From Mobula hypostoma (taxonomy: Eukaryota), in assembly GCF_963921235.1 (NCBI RefSeq), contig NC_086097.1, positions 133,674,001-133,734,000 of the forward strand: a DNA stretch of 60,000 bases, written 5' to 3'. The notes below the pieces were generated by a model. That model was not told where the DNA came from, did no database searches, and was given only the letters and a program-made list of their open reading frames with translations. Made by a program: the position numbers and the translations under genes. This document shows positions 36,132 through 46,061 of the stretch, in pieces; the first letter of the stretch is position 1; every line of letters starts with the position of its first letter.

Positions 36132-39100
36132 TCAGAACCCAGCCTTCCCTCCATACCCCGTGACCCCTGTAGCCACAAGGGCCATATCTAACTTCCTTTT
36201 AAACATAGCTAATGAACTGGCCTCAACAGTTTGCTGTGGCAGAGAATTCCACAGATTCACCACTCTCTGTGTGAAGAAGTTTTTCCTAATCTCGGTCCTA
36301 AAAGGCTTCCCCTCTATCCTCAAACTGTGACCCCTCGTTCTAGACCTCCCCAACATCGGGAACAATCTTCCCGCATCTAGCCTGTCCAATCCCTTTAGGA
36401 TCTTATACGTTTCAATCAGATCCCCCCTCAATCTTCTAAATTCCAACGAGTACAAGCCCAGTTCATCCAGTCTTTCTTCATATGAAAGACCTGCCATCCC
36501 AGGAATCAATCTGGTGAACCTTCTTTGTACTCCCTCTATGGCAAGGATGTCTTTCCTCAGATTAGGGGACCAAAACTGCACACAATACTCCAGGTGTGGT
36601 CTCACCAAGGCCTTGTACAACTGCAGTAGTACCTCCCTGCTCCTGTACTCGAATCCTCTCGCTATAAATGCCAGCATACCGTTCGCCTTTTTCACCGCCT
36701 GCTGTACCTGCATGCCCACTTTCAATGACTGGTGTATAATGACACCCAGGTCTCGTTGCACCTCCCCTTTTCCTAATCGGCCACCATTCAGATAATAATC
36801 TGTTTTCCTATTTTTGCCACCAAAGTGGATAACTTCACATTTATCCACATTAAATTGCATCTGCCATGAGTTTGCCCACTCACCCAACCTATCCAAGTCA
36901 CCCTGCATCCTCTTAGCATCCTCCTCACTGCTAACACTGCCGCCCAGCTTCGTGTCATCCGCAAACTTGGAGATGCTGCATTTAATTCCCTCATCCAAGT
37001 CATTAATATATATTGTAAACAACTGGGGTCCCAGCACTGAGCCTTGCGGTACCCCACTAGTCACCGCCTGCCATTCTGAAAAGGTCCCGTTTATTCCCAC
37101 TCTTTGCTTCCTGTCTGCTAACCAATTCTCCACCCACACCAATACCTTACCCCCAATACCATGTGCTTTAAGTTTGCACACTAATCTCCTGTGTGGGACC
37201 TTGTCAAAAGCCTTTTGAAAATCCAAATATACCACATCCACTGATTCTCCCCTATCCACTCTACTAGTTACATCCTCAAAAAATTCTATGAGATTCGTCA
37301 GACATGATTTTCCTTTCACAAATCCATGCTGACTTTGTCCGATCATTTCACCGCTTTCCAAATGTGCTGTTATCACATCCTTGATAACTGACTCCAGCAG
37401 TTTCCCCACCACCGACGTTAGGCTAACCGGCCTATAATTCCCCGGTTTCTCTCTCCCTCCTTTTTTAAAAAGTGGGGTTACATTAGCCACCCTCCAATCC
37501 TCAGGAACTAGTCCAGAATCTAACGAGTTTTGAAAAATTATCACTAATGCATCCACTATTTCTTGGGCCACTTCCTTAAGCACTCTGGGATGCAGACCAT
37601 CTGGCCCTGGGGATTTATCTGCCTTCAATCCCTTCAATTTACCTAACACCACTTCCCTACTAACATGTATTTCGCTCAGTTCCTCCATCTCACTGGACCC
37701 TCTGTCCCTTACTATTTCTGGAAGATTATTTATGTCCTCCTTAGTGAAGACAGAACCAAAGTAATTATTCAATTGGTCTGCCATGTCCTTGCTCCCCATA
37801 ATCAATTCACCTGTTTCTGTTTGCAGGGGACCTACATTTGTCTTTATCAGTCTTTTCCTTTTTACATATCTATAAAAGCTTTTACAGTCCGTTTTTATGT
37901 TCTCTGCCAGTTTTCTCTCATAATCTTTTTTCCCCTTCCTAATTAAGCCCTTTGTCCTCCTCTGCTGAACTCTGAATTTCTCCCAGTCCTCAGGTGAGCC
38001 ACTTTCTCTGGCTAATTTGTATGCTACTTCTTTGGAATTGATACTATCCCTAATTTCTCTTGTCAGCCACGGGTGCACTACCTTCCTTGATTTATTCTTT
38101 TGCCAAACTGGGATGAACAATTGTTGTAGTTCATCCATGCAACCTTTAAATGCCTGCCATTGCATATCCACCGTCAATCCTTGAAGTGTCATTTGCCAGT
38201 CTATCTTAGCTAATTCATGTCTCATACCTTCAAAGTTACCCCTCTTTAAGTTCAGAACCTTTGTTTCTGAATTAACTACGTCACTCTCCATGTTAATGAA
38301 GAATTCCACCATATTATGGTCACTCTTACCCAAGGGGCCTCTCACGACAAGATCGCTAATTAACCCTTCCTCATTGCTCAAAACCCAGTCCAGAATAGCC
38401 TGCTCTCTAGTCGGTTCCTCGACATGTTGGTTCAAAAAACCATCCCGCATACATTCCAAGAAATCCTCTTCCTCAGCACCTTTACCAATTTGGTTCACCC
38501 AGTCTACATGTAGATTGAAGTCACCCATTATAACTGCTGTTCCTTTATTGCACACATTTCTAATTTCTTGTTTAATACCATCTCCGACCTCACTACTACT
38601 GTTAGGTGGCCTGTACACAACTCCCAGCAGCGTCTTCTGCCCCTTAGTGTTACGCAGCTCTACCCATATCGATTCCACATCTTCCCGGCTTATGTCCTTC
38701 CTTTCTATTGCGTTAATCTCTTTTTTAACCAGCAACGCCACCCCACCTCCCCTTCCTTCATGTCTATCCCTCCTGAATATTGAATATCCCTGAACGTTGA
38801 GCTCCCATCCCTGGTCACCCTGGAGCCATGTCTCTGTGATCCCAACTATATCATAATCATTAATAACAATCTGCACTTTCAATTCATCCACCTTATTACG
38901 AATGCTCCTTGCATTGACACATAAAGCCTTCAGGCGCTCTTTTACAACTCTCTTAGCCCTTTTTAATGCTTGCCCTGGATTTGTCGGCCTGCCACTTTTA
39001 CTTTTCCCCTTTGTACTTTTTGCTTCTACGCTCACTTTACACCCCTCTGTCTCTCTGCACTGGTTCCCATCCCTCTGTTGTGAACTAACCTCCTCACACC

Positions 39101-39152
39101 TAGCCGCTTTAATTTGATTCCCACCCCCCAACCATTCTAGTTTAAAGTCACC
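36132..39152 (-). CDS. CR1 ORF2: APE endonuclease plus reverse transcriptase (frame open from 39152, no N-terminal ATG)
   Basis: APE motifs VNARSI, ITETW, YRPP, MGDFN, SDH. RT motifs PGPDG, NYRPVSLTS, QHGF, DFQKAFD, GVPQGSVLGP, FADD. No stops over about 1000 codons. Confidence 0.95.
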   Translation of the reverse strand, partial: GDFKLEWLGGGNQIKAARCEEVSSQQRDGNQCRETEGCKVSVEAKSTKGKSKSGRPTNPGQALKRAKRVVKERLKALCVNARSIRNKVDELKVQIVINDYDIVGITETWLQGDQGWELNVQGYSIFRRDRHEGRGGGVALLVKKEINAIERKDISREDVESIWVELRNTKGQKTLLGVVYRPPNSSSEVGDGIKQEIRNVCNKGTAVIMGDFNLHVDWVNQIGKGAEEEDFLECMRDGFLNQHVEEPTREQAILDWVLSNEEGLISDLVVRGPLGKSDHNMVEFFINMESDVVNSETKVLNLKRGNFEGMRHELAKIDWQMTLQGLTVDMQWQAFKGCMDELQQLFIPVWQKNKSRKVVHPWLTREIRDSINSKEVAYKLARESGSPEDWEKFRVQQRRTKGLIRKGKKDYERKLAENIKTDCKSFYRYVKRKRLIKTNVGPLQTETGELIMGSKDMADQLNNYFGSVFTKEDINNLPEIVRDRGSSEMEELSEIHVSREVVLGKLKGLKADKSPGPDGLHPRVLKEVAQEIVDALVIIFQNSLDSGLVPEDWRVANVTPLFKKGGREKPGNYRPVSLTSVVGKLLESVIKDVITAHLESGEMIGQSQHGFVKGKSCLTNLIEFFEDVTSRVDRGESVDVVYLDFQKAFDKVPHRRLVCKLKAHGIGGKVLVWVENWLADRKQRVGINGTFSEWQAVTSGVPQGSVLGPQLFTIYINDLDEGIKCSISKFADDTKLGGSVSSEEDAKRMQGDLDRLGEWANSWQMQFNVDKCEVIHFGGKNRKTDYYLNGGRLGKGEVQRDLGVIIHQSLKVGMQVQQAVKKANGMLAFIARGFEYRSREVLLQLYKALVRPHLEYCVQFWSPNLRKDILAIEGVQRRFTRLIPGMAGLSYEERLDELGLYSLEFRRLRGDLIETYKILKGLDRLDAGRLFPMLGRSRTRGHSLRIEGKPFRTEIRKNFFTQRVVNLWNSLPQQTVEASSLAMFKRKLDMALVATGVTGYGGKAGF

Positions 39153-40072
39153 TCAGTAGCCCCCGCTAATCTCCCTGCCAGGATATTGGTCCCCCTAGGA
39201 TTTAAGTGTAACCCGTCCTTTTTGTACAGGTCACACCTACGCCAAAAGAGGTCCCAATGATCCAAAAACTTGAATCCCTGCCCCCTGCTCCAATCCCTCA
39301 GCCACGCATTTATCCTCCACCTCATCGCATTCCTACTCTCACTGTCGCGTGGCACAGGCAGTAATCCCGAGATTACTACCTTTGCGGTCCTTTTTCTCAA
39401 CTCCCTTCCTAGCTCCCTATATTCTTCTTTCAGGACCTCATCCCTTTTCCTACCTATGTCATTGGTACCTATATGTACCAGGACCTCTGGCTCTTCACCC
39501 TCCCACTTCAGGATATCTTGGACACGATCAGAAATATCCCGGACCCTGGCACCAGGGAGGCAAACTACCATCCGAGTCTCTGGACTGCGTCCACAGAATC
39601 GCCTATCTGACCCCCTTACTATCGAGTCCCCTATCACAACTGCCCTCCTCTTCCTTGCCCTACCCTTCTGAGCTACAGGGCCAGACTCTGTGCCGGAGGC
39701 AGGGCCACTGTCGCTTCCCCCGGGTAAGCTGTCCCCCCCAACAGTACTCAAACAGGAGTACCTGTTGTTAAGGGGCACAGCCGCCGGGGTACTCCTCATC
39801 ACCTGCCTTTTCCCCTTCCCTCTCCTAACCGTGACCCACTTGTCTGCCTCCCGTGGCCCCGGCGTGACCACCTGCCTTCCACTCCTCTCTATCACCTCCT
39901 CGCTCTCCCTGACCAGACGAAGGTCATCGAGCTGCAGCTCCAGTTCCGTAACGCGGTCCCTTAGGAGCTGCATCTCGATGCACTTGGCGCAGATGTAGAC
40001 GTCCGGGAGGCTTGGAGACTCCAGGGCCTCCCACATCCGACACCGAGAACAGCAAACTGCCCTCACAGTCAT
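39137..40072 (-). CDS. CR1 ORF1: zinc finger, leucine zipper and SGNH esterase, 311 aa
   Basis: ATG at 40072; C-X2-C-X16-C-X2-C; heptad LRDRVTELELQLDDL; SGNH blocks GDS, PGA, GTND and DGLH. Confidence 0.93.
   Translation of the reverse strand: MTVRAVCCSRCRMWEALESPSLPDVYICAKCIEMQLLRDRVTELELQLDDLRLVRESEEVIERSGRQVVTPGPREADKWVTVRRGKGKRQVMRSTPAAVPLNNRYSCLSTVGGDSLPGGSDSGPASGTESGPVAQKGRARKRRAVVIGDSIVRGSDRRFCGRSPETRMVVCLPGARVRDISDRVQDILKWEGEEPEVLVHIGTNDIGRKRDEVLKEEYRELGRELRKRTAKVVISGLLPVPRDSESRNAMRWRINAWLRDWSRGQGFKFLDHWDLFWRRCDLYKKDGLHLNPRGTNILAGRLAGATEVTLN
39140..39146 (-). other. Candidate -1 ribosomal frameshift slippery site T TTA AAC
   Basis: Minus strand reads acT TTA AAC TAG in the ORF1 frame; the -1 frame (TTT AAA CTA GAA TGG TTG...) is ORF2. 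Confidence 0.65.
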
Positions 40073-40384
40073 AATGCCCCTCTCCTCAAATAGCAACAGA
40101 AAATGAATGTCAAACCTTCCTCGCCTCGCCCGCTTCCGCCTAAGCCCGTTGAGCCGAAGCCCTTAAGTCTTCACTCTGTTCCCGGCTCACTCCGCCGCCC
40201 GCAAACTACGCTGCCCGCTCTATGAGGCTTTGTTCCTTTTAAATCTGCCGCGCTGCACTGCTCGACGTCACACGCCTGCGCAGTCCCGCCTCTCAGAAAG
40301 CCGTTGGAGAAAAAAAAATAACGAAAATTTCAAAAATCTCTTTCTCGGCACTCCCACTCAGACTCTCAGACTCCTTCTTCGAAT
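40073..40384 (-). promoter_or_regulatory. CR1 5' UTR and putative internal Pol II promoter
   Basis: CpG-dense in a CpG-poor background. Minus strand carries gaggcgggac (GC box), tgcgcaggcg (NRF1-like), tgacgtcg (CRE-like) and atttaaaa (TATA-like), in that order. Confidence 0.6.
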
Positions 40385-41484
40385 CAGAGTAAATGGAAGA
40401 GAGAGTGCTTTTCATGATAGACTGGTTTGTGCTCGCTAGTCTGCAACTCATGGTCTTTAGCAGGGGCAAGCAGGCGGGTCGTTTGTGAGGTGGTGTATTC
40501 CTTCTGCCATATACACAGAGCTGCGTGAACCTAAAATTCTCAACACCATCCCACTGCGTGGTCATGGGTTAAAGATTCATAAGAGTCATGATACAAAAGA
40601 TACAAAAGCTGGAGAACACAAACCAGTACAGCTTTTAGCTCACTGTTATAAAACTATTGAATGGGCTTCTTATACTGAATGTTAAAGATGAATTCTTGAT
40701 GGCCACTACACCTCAGTGTGGCTCTTGCACTTTAATTGTTTACCTGCTCTACACTTTCTGTAGAACCATATCAGTATATTTTGAATTCCTTTTTTTCCGT
40801 ACCATGTCGATATGAAACAATTTGTCTGGACGGCACAAAAATATAATTTTTCACTTTATCTCAGTACATGTGATAATAATAGACCAGTTATCAAAATATA
40901 AGGGAGTGCGTGCAAACCGAATAGCCCCACTGAATATCCATTGCTTGCTATAGCTATGAAAGGAGAGCCAGGATGCAGAATCACACCTGGGACAATTTGC
41001 AAAGGTATTCCCTGCCATCCATTGCGATGTTCATCTATTGCTGTGGCTCTCGCTGAATGCAAAGGAAATCAAACTGTCAGTTTTCTGCAAAAAAAAAGTT
41101 GGCAACTGAATTTCAAGATGATTAAGTGAGGGGCAGTACATTATAGTTGGATGAAGAAAGAGCCTATGCCTTGTTTGGTAAATATTAAATCCCCAGAGAT
41201 TCTGGTGCACTCTGAAATTACGTAGGTGTCACATTTTGTAATGACAAGTCAAGGTGGGACATTTATATTGACTGGAAGGGCCAGGGTACCGTAGTAAAAC
41301 AAAACCTTGGACTACTGATGGGTAGTTCCTTTAAACTGGACTCACAGGTAGATGGGATGATGAAGGTGGCTTTTGGAATGCTGACCTTCATTAGTGTGAA
41401 TATAGAAGACGGGAGGTTATATTGCTGTTATACAAGATGTGCTCAACGTCAGTTACACTGTTATAGGAAGGATGTGATCAAAAG

Positions 41485-42815
41485 GGTGACAATCATACCA
41501 GTGCCAAGAAGAGTGAGGTGAGCAGCCTCAATGACTATTGCCCAGTGACACTCACCTCTACTGTAATGAAGTGCTTTGAGAGGTTGGTCAGGCTAGAATC
41601 AACTCCTGTTGCAATTTGCATTTCCGTACAGTAAGTCTACAGCAGATGCAATCTCACTGGCTCTCCACTCGGCCTTGGATCACATGGACAATAGTAATAC
41701 CTATGTCAGGTTGCAGTTTATTGATTACAGCTCAGTGTTCAACATAATCATACCCTCAGTTCTAATCTACAAACTCCAAACCCCAGGCCTCTGTACCTCC
41801 ATCTGTGACTGGATCCTTGACTTCCCCAGGGGGAGAACACAATCTGTGCAGATTGGAAATAACATCTCCTTGTGACAATCAACACTGGTGCACCTCAAGG
41901 ATGCATGCTTAGCCCACTGCTCTACTTTCTCTACATCTATGATTGTGTGGCTAGGCACAGTTAAAATGCCATCTATAAATTTGCTGATGACTATTGTCGG
42001 CAGAATTTCCTTTGGTGATGAGGTGTACAGGACCAGAATACTGTGGATCAGCTGGTTGAGTGCTGTCACAGCAACAACCTTGCACTCATGGTCAGTAAGA
42101 CCAAGGAATTGACTGTGGACTTCAGGAAGGGAAGTCGAGGAAACATGCACCAGTCCTCATCGAAGTGGAAAGGGTGAGCAGTTTCACGTTCCTGGGAGTC
42201 AACATCTCTGAGGATCTATCCTGGGCCCAACATATTGATTCAATTACAAATAAGGCACAACATTGGCTATATTTCATTCCGAATTTGTGGAGAATTGGTA
42301 TGTCACCAAAGACACGCGCAGATTTCTAACGATGTACCATGGAGAGCTTTCCAACTAGTTGCCTCATCATCTGGTATGAATGGGTTACTGCACCGGATCG
42401 GACAAACCTGCGGAAACCGTAAAGCCAGTCAGCTCTATCAAGGGCACTGGCTTTCCCAGCATCCATCAAAAGACGATGCCTCAAGAAGGTGGCATCCATC
42501 ATAAAGGACCCCCATCACCCAGGACATGCTGTCTTATTGTTAGTTGCTACCATGAAGGAGGAACTACAGGAGCCTGAAGACACACCACACTCAATGTTTC
42601 AGAAACAGCTTCTTCCCCCCGCCCCCCCCACCATCAGATTGCTGAATGAACAATGAACCCATGAAAAATAACTCAGTAATTTTTCCACTTTTTGAATTAT
42701 TTATTTCATTTTACTTCTTATTGTAATTTATAGTATTTTTTAATTTTGCATTGCAAGGTACTGCTACTGCAAAACAATAAACTTCATTACATATTCCAGT
42801 GATATTAAACCTGAT
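41485..42815 (+). mobile_element. Rex1/Babar LINE RT fragment, frameshifted
   Basis: TIIPVPR and QFAF...STADAISLALHSALDHMDNSNTYVRLQFIDYSSVFNIIIP; 3' tail aaacctgattct. Confidence 0.85.
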
Positions 42816-43564
42816 TCTCCTGGCTCTGAGTGCTTGGAAATGGGATAAGCTTGAATGTTCATCTTGATCAGCACAAAGGACTTTTTCCATACTATAGAAC
42901 TCTATAATTTCATATTTTAGGCCACCTTTGGCCCACCTTGTACGAATGTTAGTTAGTATCCCATTCTGTATTGCCTGCTCCACCTCTTCCGAGGTGGGGT
43001 TTGGGAGCTCAACTACAGACACAGTTGGTGGCCAGAACTGGGAGGAAAATGTTCTGGTTCAGGGGTGAAAGGAACAGATTTTTACCTGCCTGTCTTCCCC
43101 TTCTGACTAGGATAGTCAGGAGAAGAGGGATTTCCCTGCGTTCTTGTTACAGCAGTTAACAAGAGCACTGATTTTGCCCTGTAGGACTAGGTGGGGGAGT
43201 TTGAGACACTCACACTCTTTTTGTAGATAAGCTAGGGATGGGGTTCAATAAAGAGGGAGATGAGAGACACTGGAAGTTATCTGTGGAGAGGTTGGTGGTT
43301 TGAGGAGTTCAGAAACACAGGCTTTTTTCATGGGGCTGTATAGAGGAAACATTTGAGGGTGTGGCATGATCTGAGGTTATCATCGAGTCATAAAAGCTTC
43401 CAGTTGAAATAGTCCTCACAGCACATTTCATCCTTGCTGACTATCTACGAAAATACAATTTTCTTGTAGATTTTCCATGTCATTCCTTTCCTATCCAGGT
43501 ACCTGTCTGAATGCCTTATAAATGTTCTAATAGTATCTTTCTCCCCCAACTCCACTGGCAGCTT

Positions 43565-44432
43565 ATTGCTTTCACCCTGACACAGTGGTGTCAAGAAAAC
43601 AACCTCTCTCTCAATGTCGCAAAAACGAAGGAGCAGGTTGTGGTCTACAGGAGGAACAGAGACAGGCTAGCCCCTATTGACATCAATGGATCTGGGGTTG
43701 AGAGGGTGACCAGCTTTAAGTTCCTCGGCATAAGCATCACCGAGGATTTCACGTGGTCTGTACATACTGGCTGTGTGGTGAAAAAGGCACAAAAGTGCCT
43801 CTTTCACCTCAGACGGTTGAAGAAGTTTTGTATGGGCCCCCAAATTCTAAGAACTTTCTATAGGGGCACAACTGAGAGCATCCTGACTGGCTGCATCACT
43901 GCCTGGTATGGGAACTGTACTTCCCTCAATCGCAGGCCTCTGCAGAGAGTGGTGTGGACAGCCCAGCGCATCTGTAAATGTGAACTTCCCACTATTCAGG
44001 ATATTTACGTAGACTGGTGTGTAAAAAGGGCCCAGAGGATCACTGAGGACCCAAATCACCCCAACCACAAACTGTTCCAGCTGCTACCATCTGGAAAACG
44101 GTACCACGGCATAAAAGCCAGGACCAACAGGCTCTGGGACAGCTTCTTCCACCAGACCACCAGACTGATTAACTCATGCTGACACAACTGTATTTCTATG
44201 TTATATTGACTATCCTGTTGTACATACTATTTATTATAAATTACTATAAATTGCACATTTCAAAGTTGCTGGTGAATGTTCACCAGCAACTTTGATGTGT
44301 GTTGCTTGAATTTCCAGCATCTGCAGAATTCCTGTTGTTTGCATAAATTGCACATTGCACATTTAGACAGAGATGTAACGTAAAGATTTTTACTCCTCAT
44401 GTATATGAAGGATTTAAGAAATAAAGTCATTT
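43565..44432 (+). mobile_element. Relatively young Rex1/Babar LINE 3' fragment (about 200 open codons, stop at 44182)
   Basis: WCQENNLSLNVAKTKE...SFKFLG...LRRLKKF...ESILTGCITAWYGNC; 3' end aaataaagtc. Confidence 0.85.
44260..44342 (+). mobile_element. 83-bp Penelope-derived foldback insertion
   Basis: 14-bp TSD ataaattgcacatt at 44246-44259 and 44343-44356; perfect 17-bp hairpin tcaaagttgctggtgaa-tg-ttcaccagcaactttga. Confidence 0.85.
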
Positions 44433-45834
44433 CAAGTTCCAGATATTCACCACCCTCTGTATGAAAGACATATCCCTCAGATCTCCTTTTAGGATCAGGA
44501 CATCCGAGAGTGATAAGCAACGTTCCTTTTATTTTTTTTTTACAGCTGCGCAGACCAATCAATGTTCTGAGCAGGAAAATTTTCACAACCTGAAAACTGT
44601 AAGGCACTTTAATATTAACATTATGTAAAAGAAAGTTCCAGCTGGGCAGCAATAAGGGCTATGTGCATGGGAGCCTTTCAGTAACTGCGCTACTGCGCAC
44701 CCACGCAGCTTGGGGGAACAGTGGAGATAAGTCACAGAATTCCACAGAACAGAAACAGGCACTTTGGTTAAACTGGACCACGTTGACCAACATGGTTCCA
44801 TTTCCCAACGTTTGGCCCATATCCTTCTAAACCTTTAACCCTATCCAATGCCTCCTGGAATGGAGAGTTTTGGGAATGGTGAAGGGTAGATTTGTGGAGC
44901 CATGGATACTAGGCACCACCATGCCGTCCTAGAGTGTCCATTGTCAGTTTATGTCAATATGGTCAACTTTCTCCAACTGTTCCCCAAAAGGTGTGCTTTT
45001 GACCATGACATTACTGGAAATGATGTCATCCCTTTCAAGGTGAACACTGGAATCACTTTCAGGTTGCAAAAACCAGTCTGTTGGAAGAACTCAGTGGTTT
45101 GAGCAGCATTTATGGGAGGAAAGAAATGGTTGATATTTCAAGTTGAAAACCTGGACTTGATGTGGTTGTCAGTGTATTTCCAATGTCATACTAGCACTCG
45201 CGACAAAAACTCTGAATGCTTTGCATTTGCTGTTTTGGTGTTGAGATTTTCAGGGCAGTCAAAGATGCAATCACTAATGATAAACCAATAGATACTGAGT
45301 ATGTATAGGGGACTAGGAATGCCTTGGATGGGAATTTAATATGAAAATTGGAAGGGGAATAAACAAACAAAGGGAGTCAGTTTCTTGGTATGCTGAGATA
45401 AAATTTTGAAGGGATTTGCTGGTTTTGGGTGGGAATGTTAACTGTAAACTCATGCACACATATTGCTGTTCATTAAAACAGAGACATTTGCTTTGGTTTC
45501 CACATCACATGTGATAATAATAAACTAATTATCAATATCAATTTATACCTTTCCCTATGCTTTGCCAAGCAATATGAAACTAATATACATAACATCCTTT
45601 AACTGAACACAACAGCGTAACAATATTACATTACTCCTTGGTTCATTGTAAAGTAATTTACTAAATGCTTAGCTTTTGTATTTTTCTGTTTCCCTTGCTT
45701 GTTAAGTCTCTATCCCCGTGTATCACTTGGTTACATAGTATCATCTACAAAAGTGGTTTGTATTTGTGCAATTGATAATGATTAAATAATAACTATATTG
45801 ATTATCAACCTGAATCACTTCTTCTGTCCTGCAG

Positions 45835-46061
45835 ATGGGAGACCCTTCCAGTGTCAAATCTGTCCTTTCAGTGCTTCCCAGAAGGAGAATCTGAAAATGC
45901 ATGTTGAATATGTTCATGGTGTACCATTCGACAATAACTTGCATCCAGAACACCGCTTCAAGGTATCGCAGGGTGAAAATGGTCTCTACAAGTCACTGGA
46001 GGTGCAGTTTGAACCCTCATCACTTGATCATCATCTTCCTGAAGCAACTATCCTGAAATGA
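45835..46061 (+). CDS. Terminal coding exon of a C2H2 zinc-finger gene (ZNF536/ZNF217/ZNF219/ZNF516-like family)
   Basis: Acceptor cttcttctgtcctgcAG (45833-45834), phase 1. Encodes GRPFQCQICPFSASQKENLKMHVEYVHGVPFDN..., stop TGA at 46059-46061. Resembles the RPFQCRYCPYSASQKGNLKTHV..VH..PFDN last exon of ZNF536 as I recall it; the paralogue cannot be resolved. Confidence 0.8.

Larger units (their letters stand above)
36035..40384 (-). mobile_element. Full-length, intact CR1 LINE (~4.35 kb)
   Basis: CpG-rich 5' UTR, uninterrupted ORF1 and ORF2, 3' UTR stem-loop and (ttctatgt)n tail. Ends are defined by the interrupted host repeat. Confidence 0.95.

Noticed and set aside
39129..39131. Track start of the 999-aa ORF2 shown as Met
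   Set aside because: The codon is TTG and the frame is open further upstream to 39152, so there is no support for it as the true start.
36514..39998. Several + strand ORFs of 70-167 aa overlapping the CR1 (e.g. 36814-37218, 38290-38793, 39270-39671)
   Set aside because: Antisense shadows of the intact CR1 ORFs, with no independent domain signal.
40073..40096. Eight-codon N-terminal extension of ORF1 in the track
   Set aside because: It starts at TTG; the first ATG is at 40072, just before the zinc finger.
43511..44182. 223-aa ORF as a host gene (such sequences can be mislabelled as ALKBH8-like/DUF1891)
   Set aside because: It is the C-terminus of a Rex1/Babar LINE, joined by chance to an upstream ATG in unrelated sequence.
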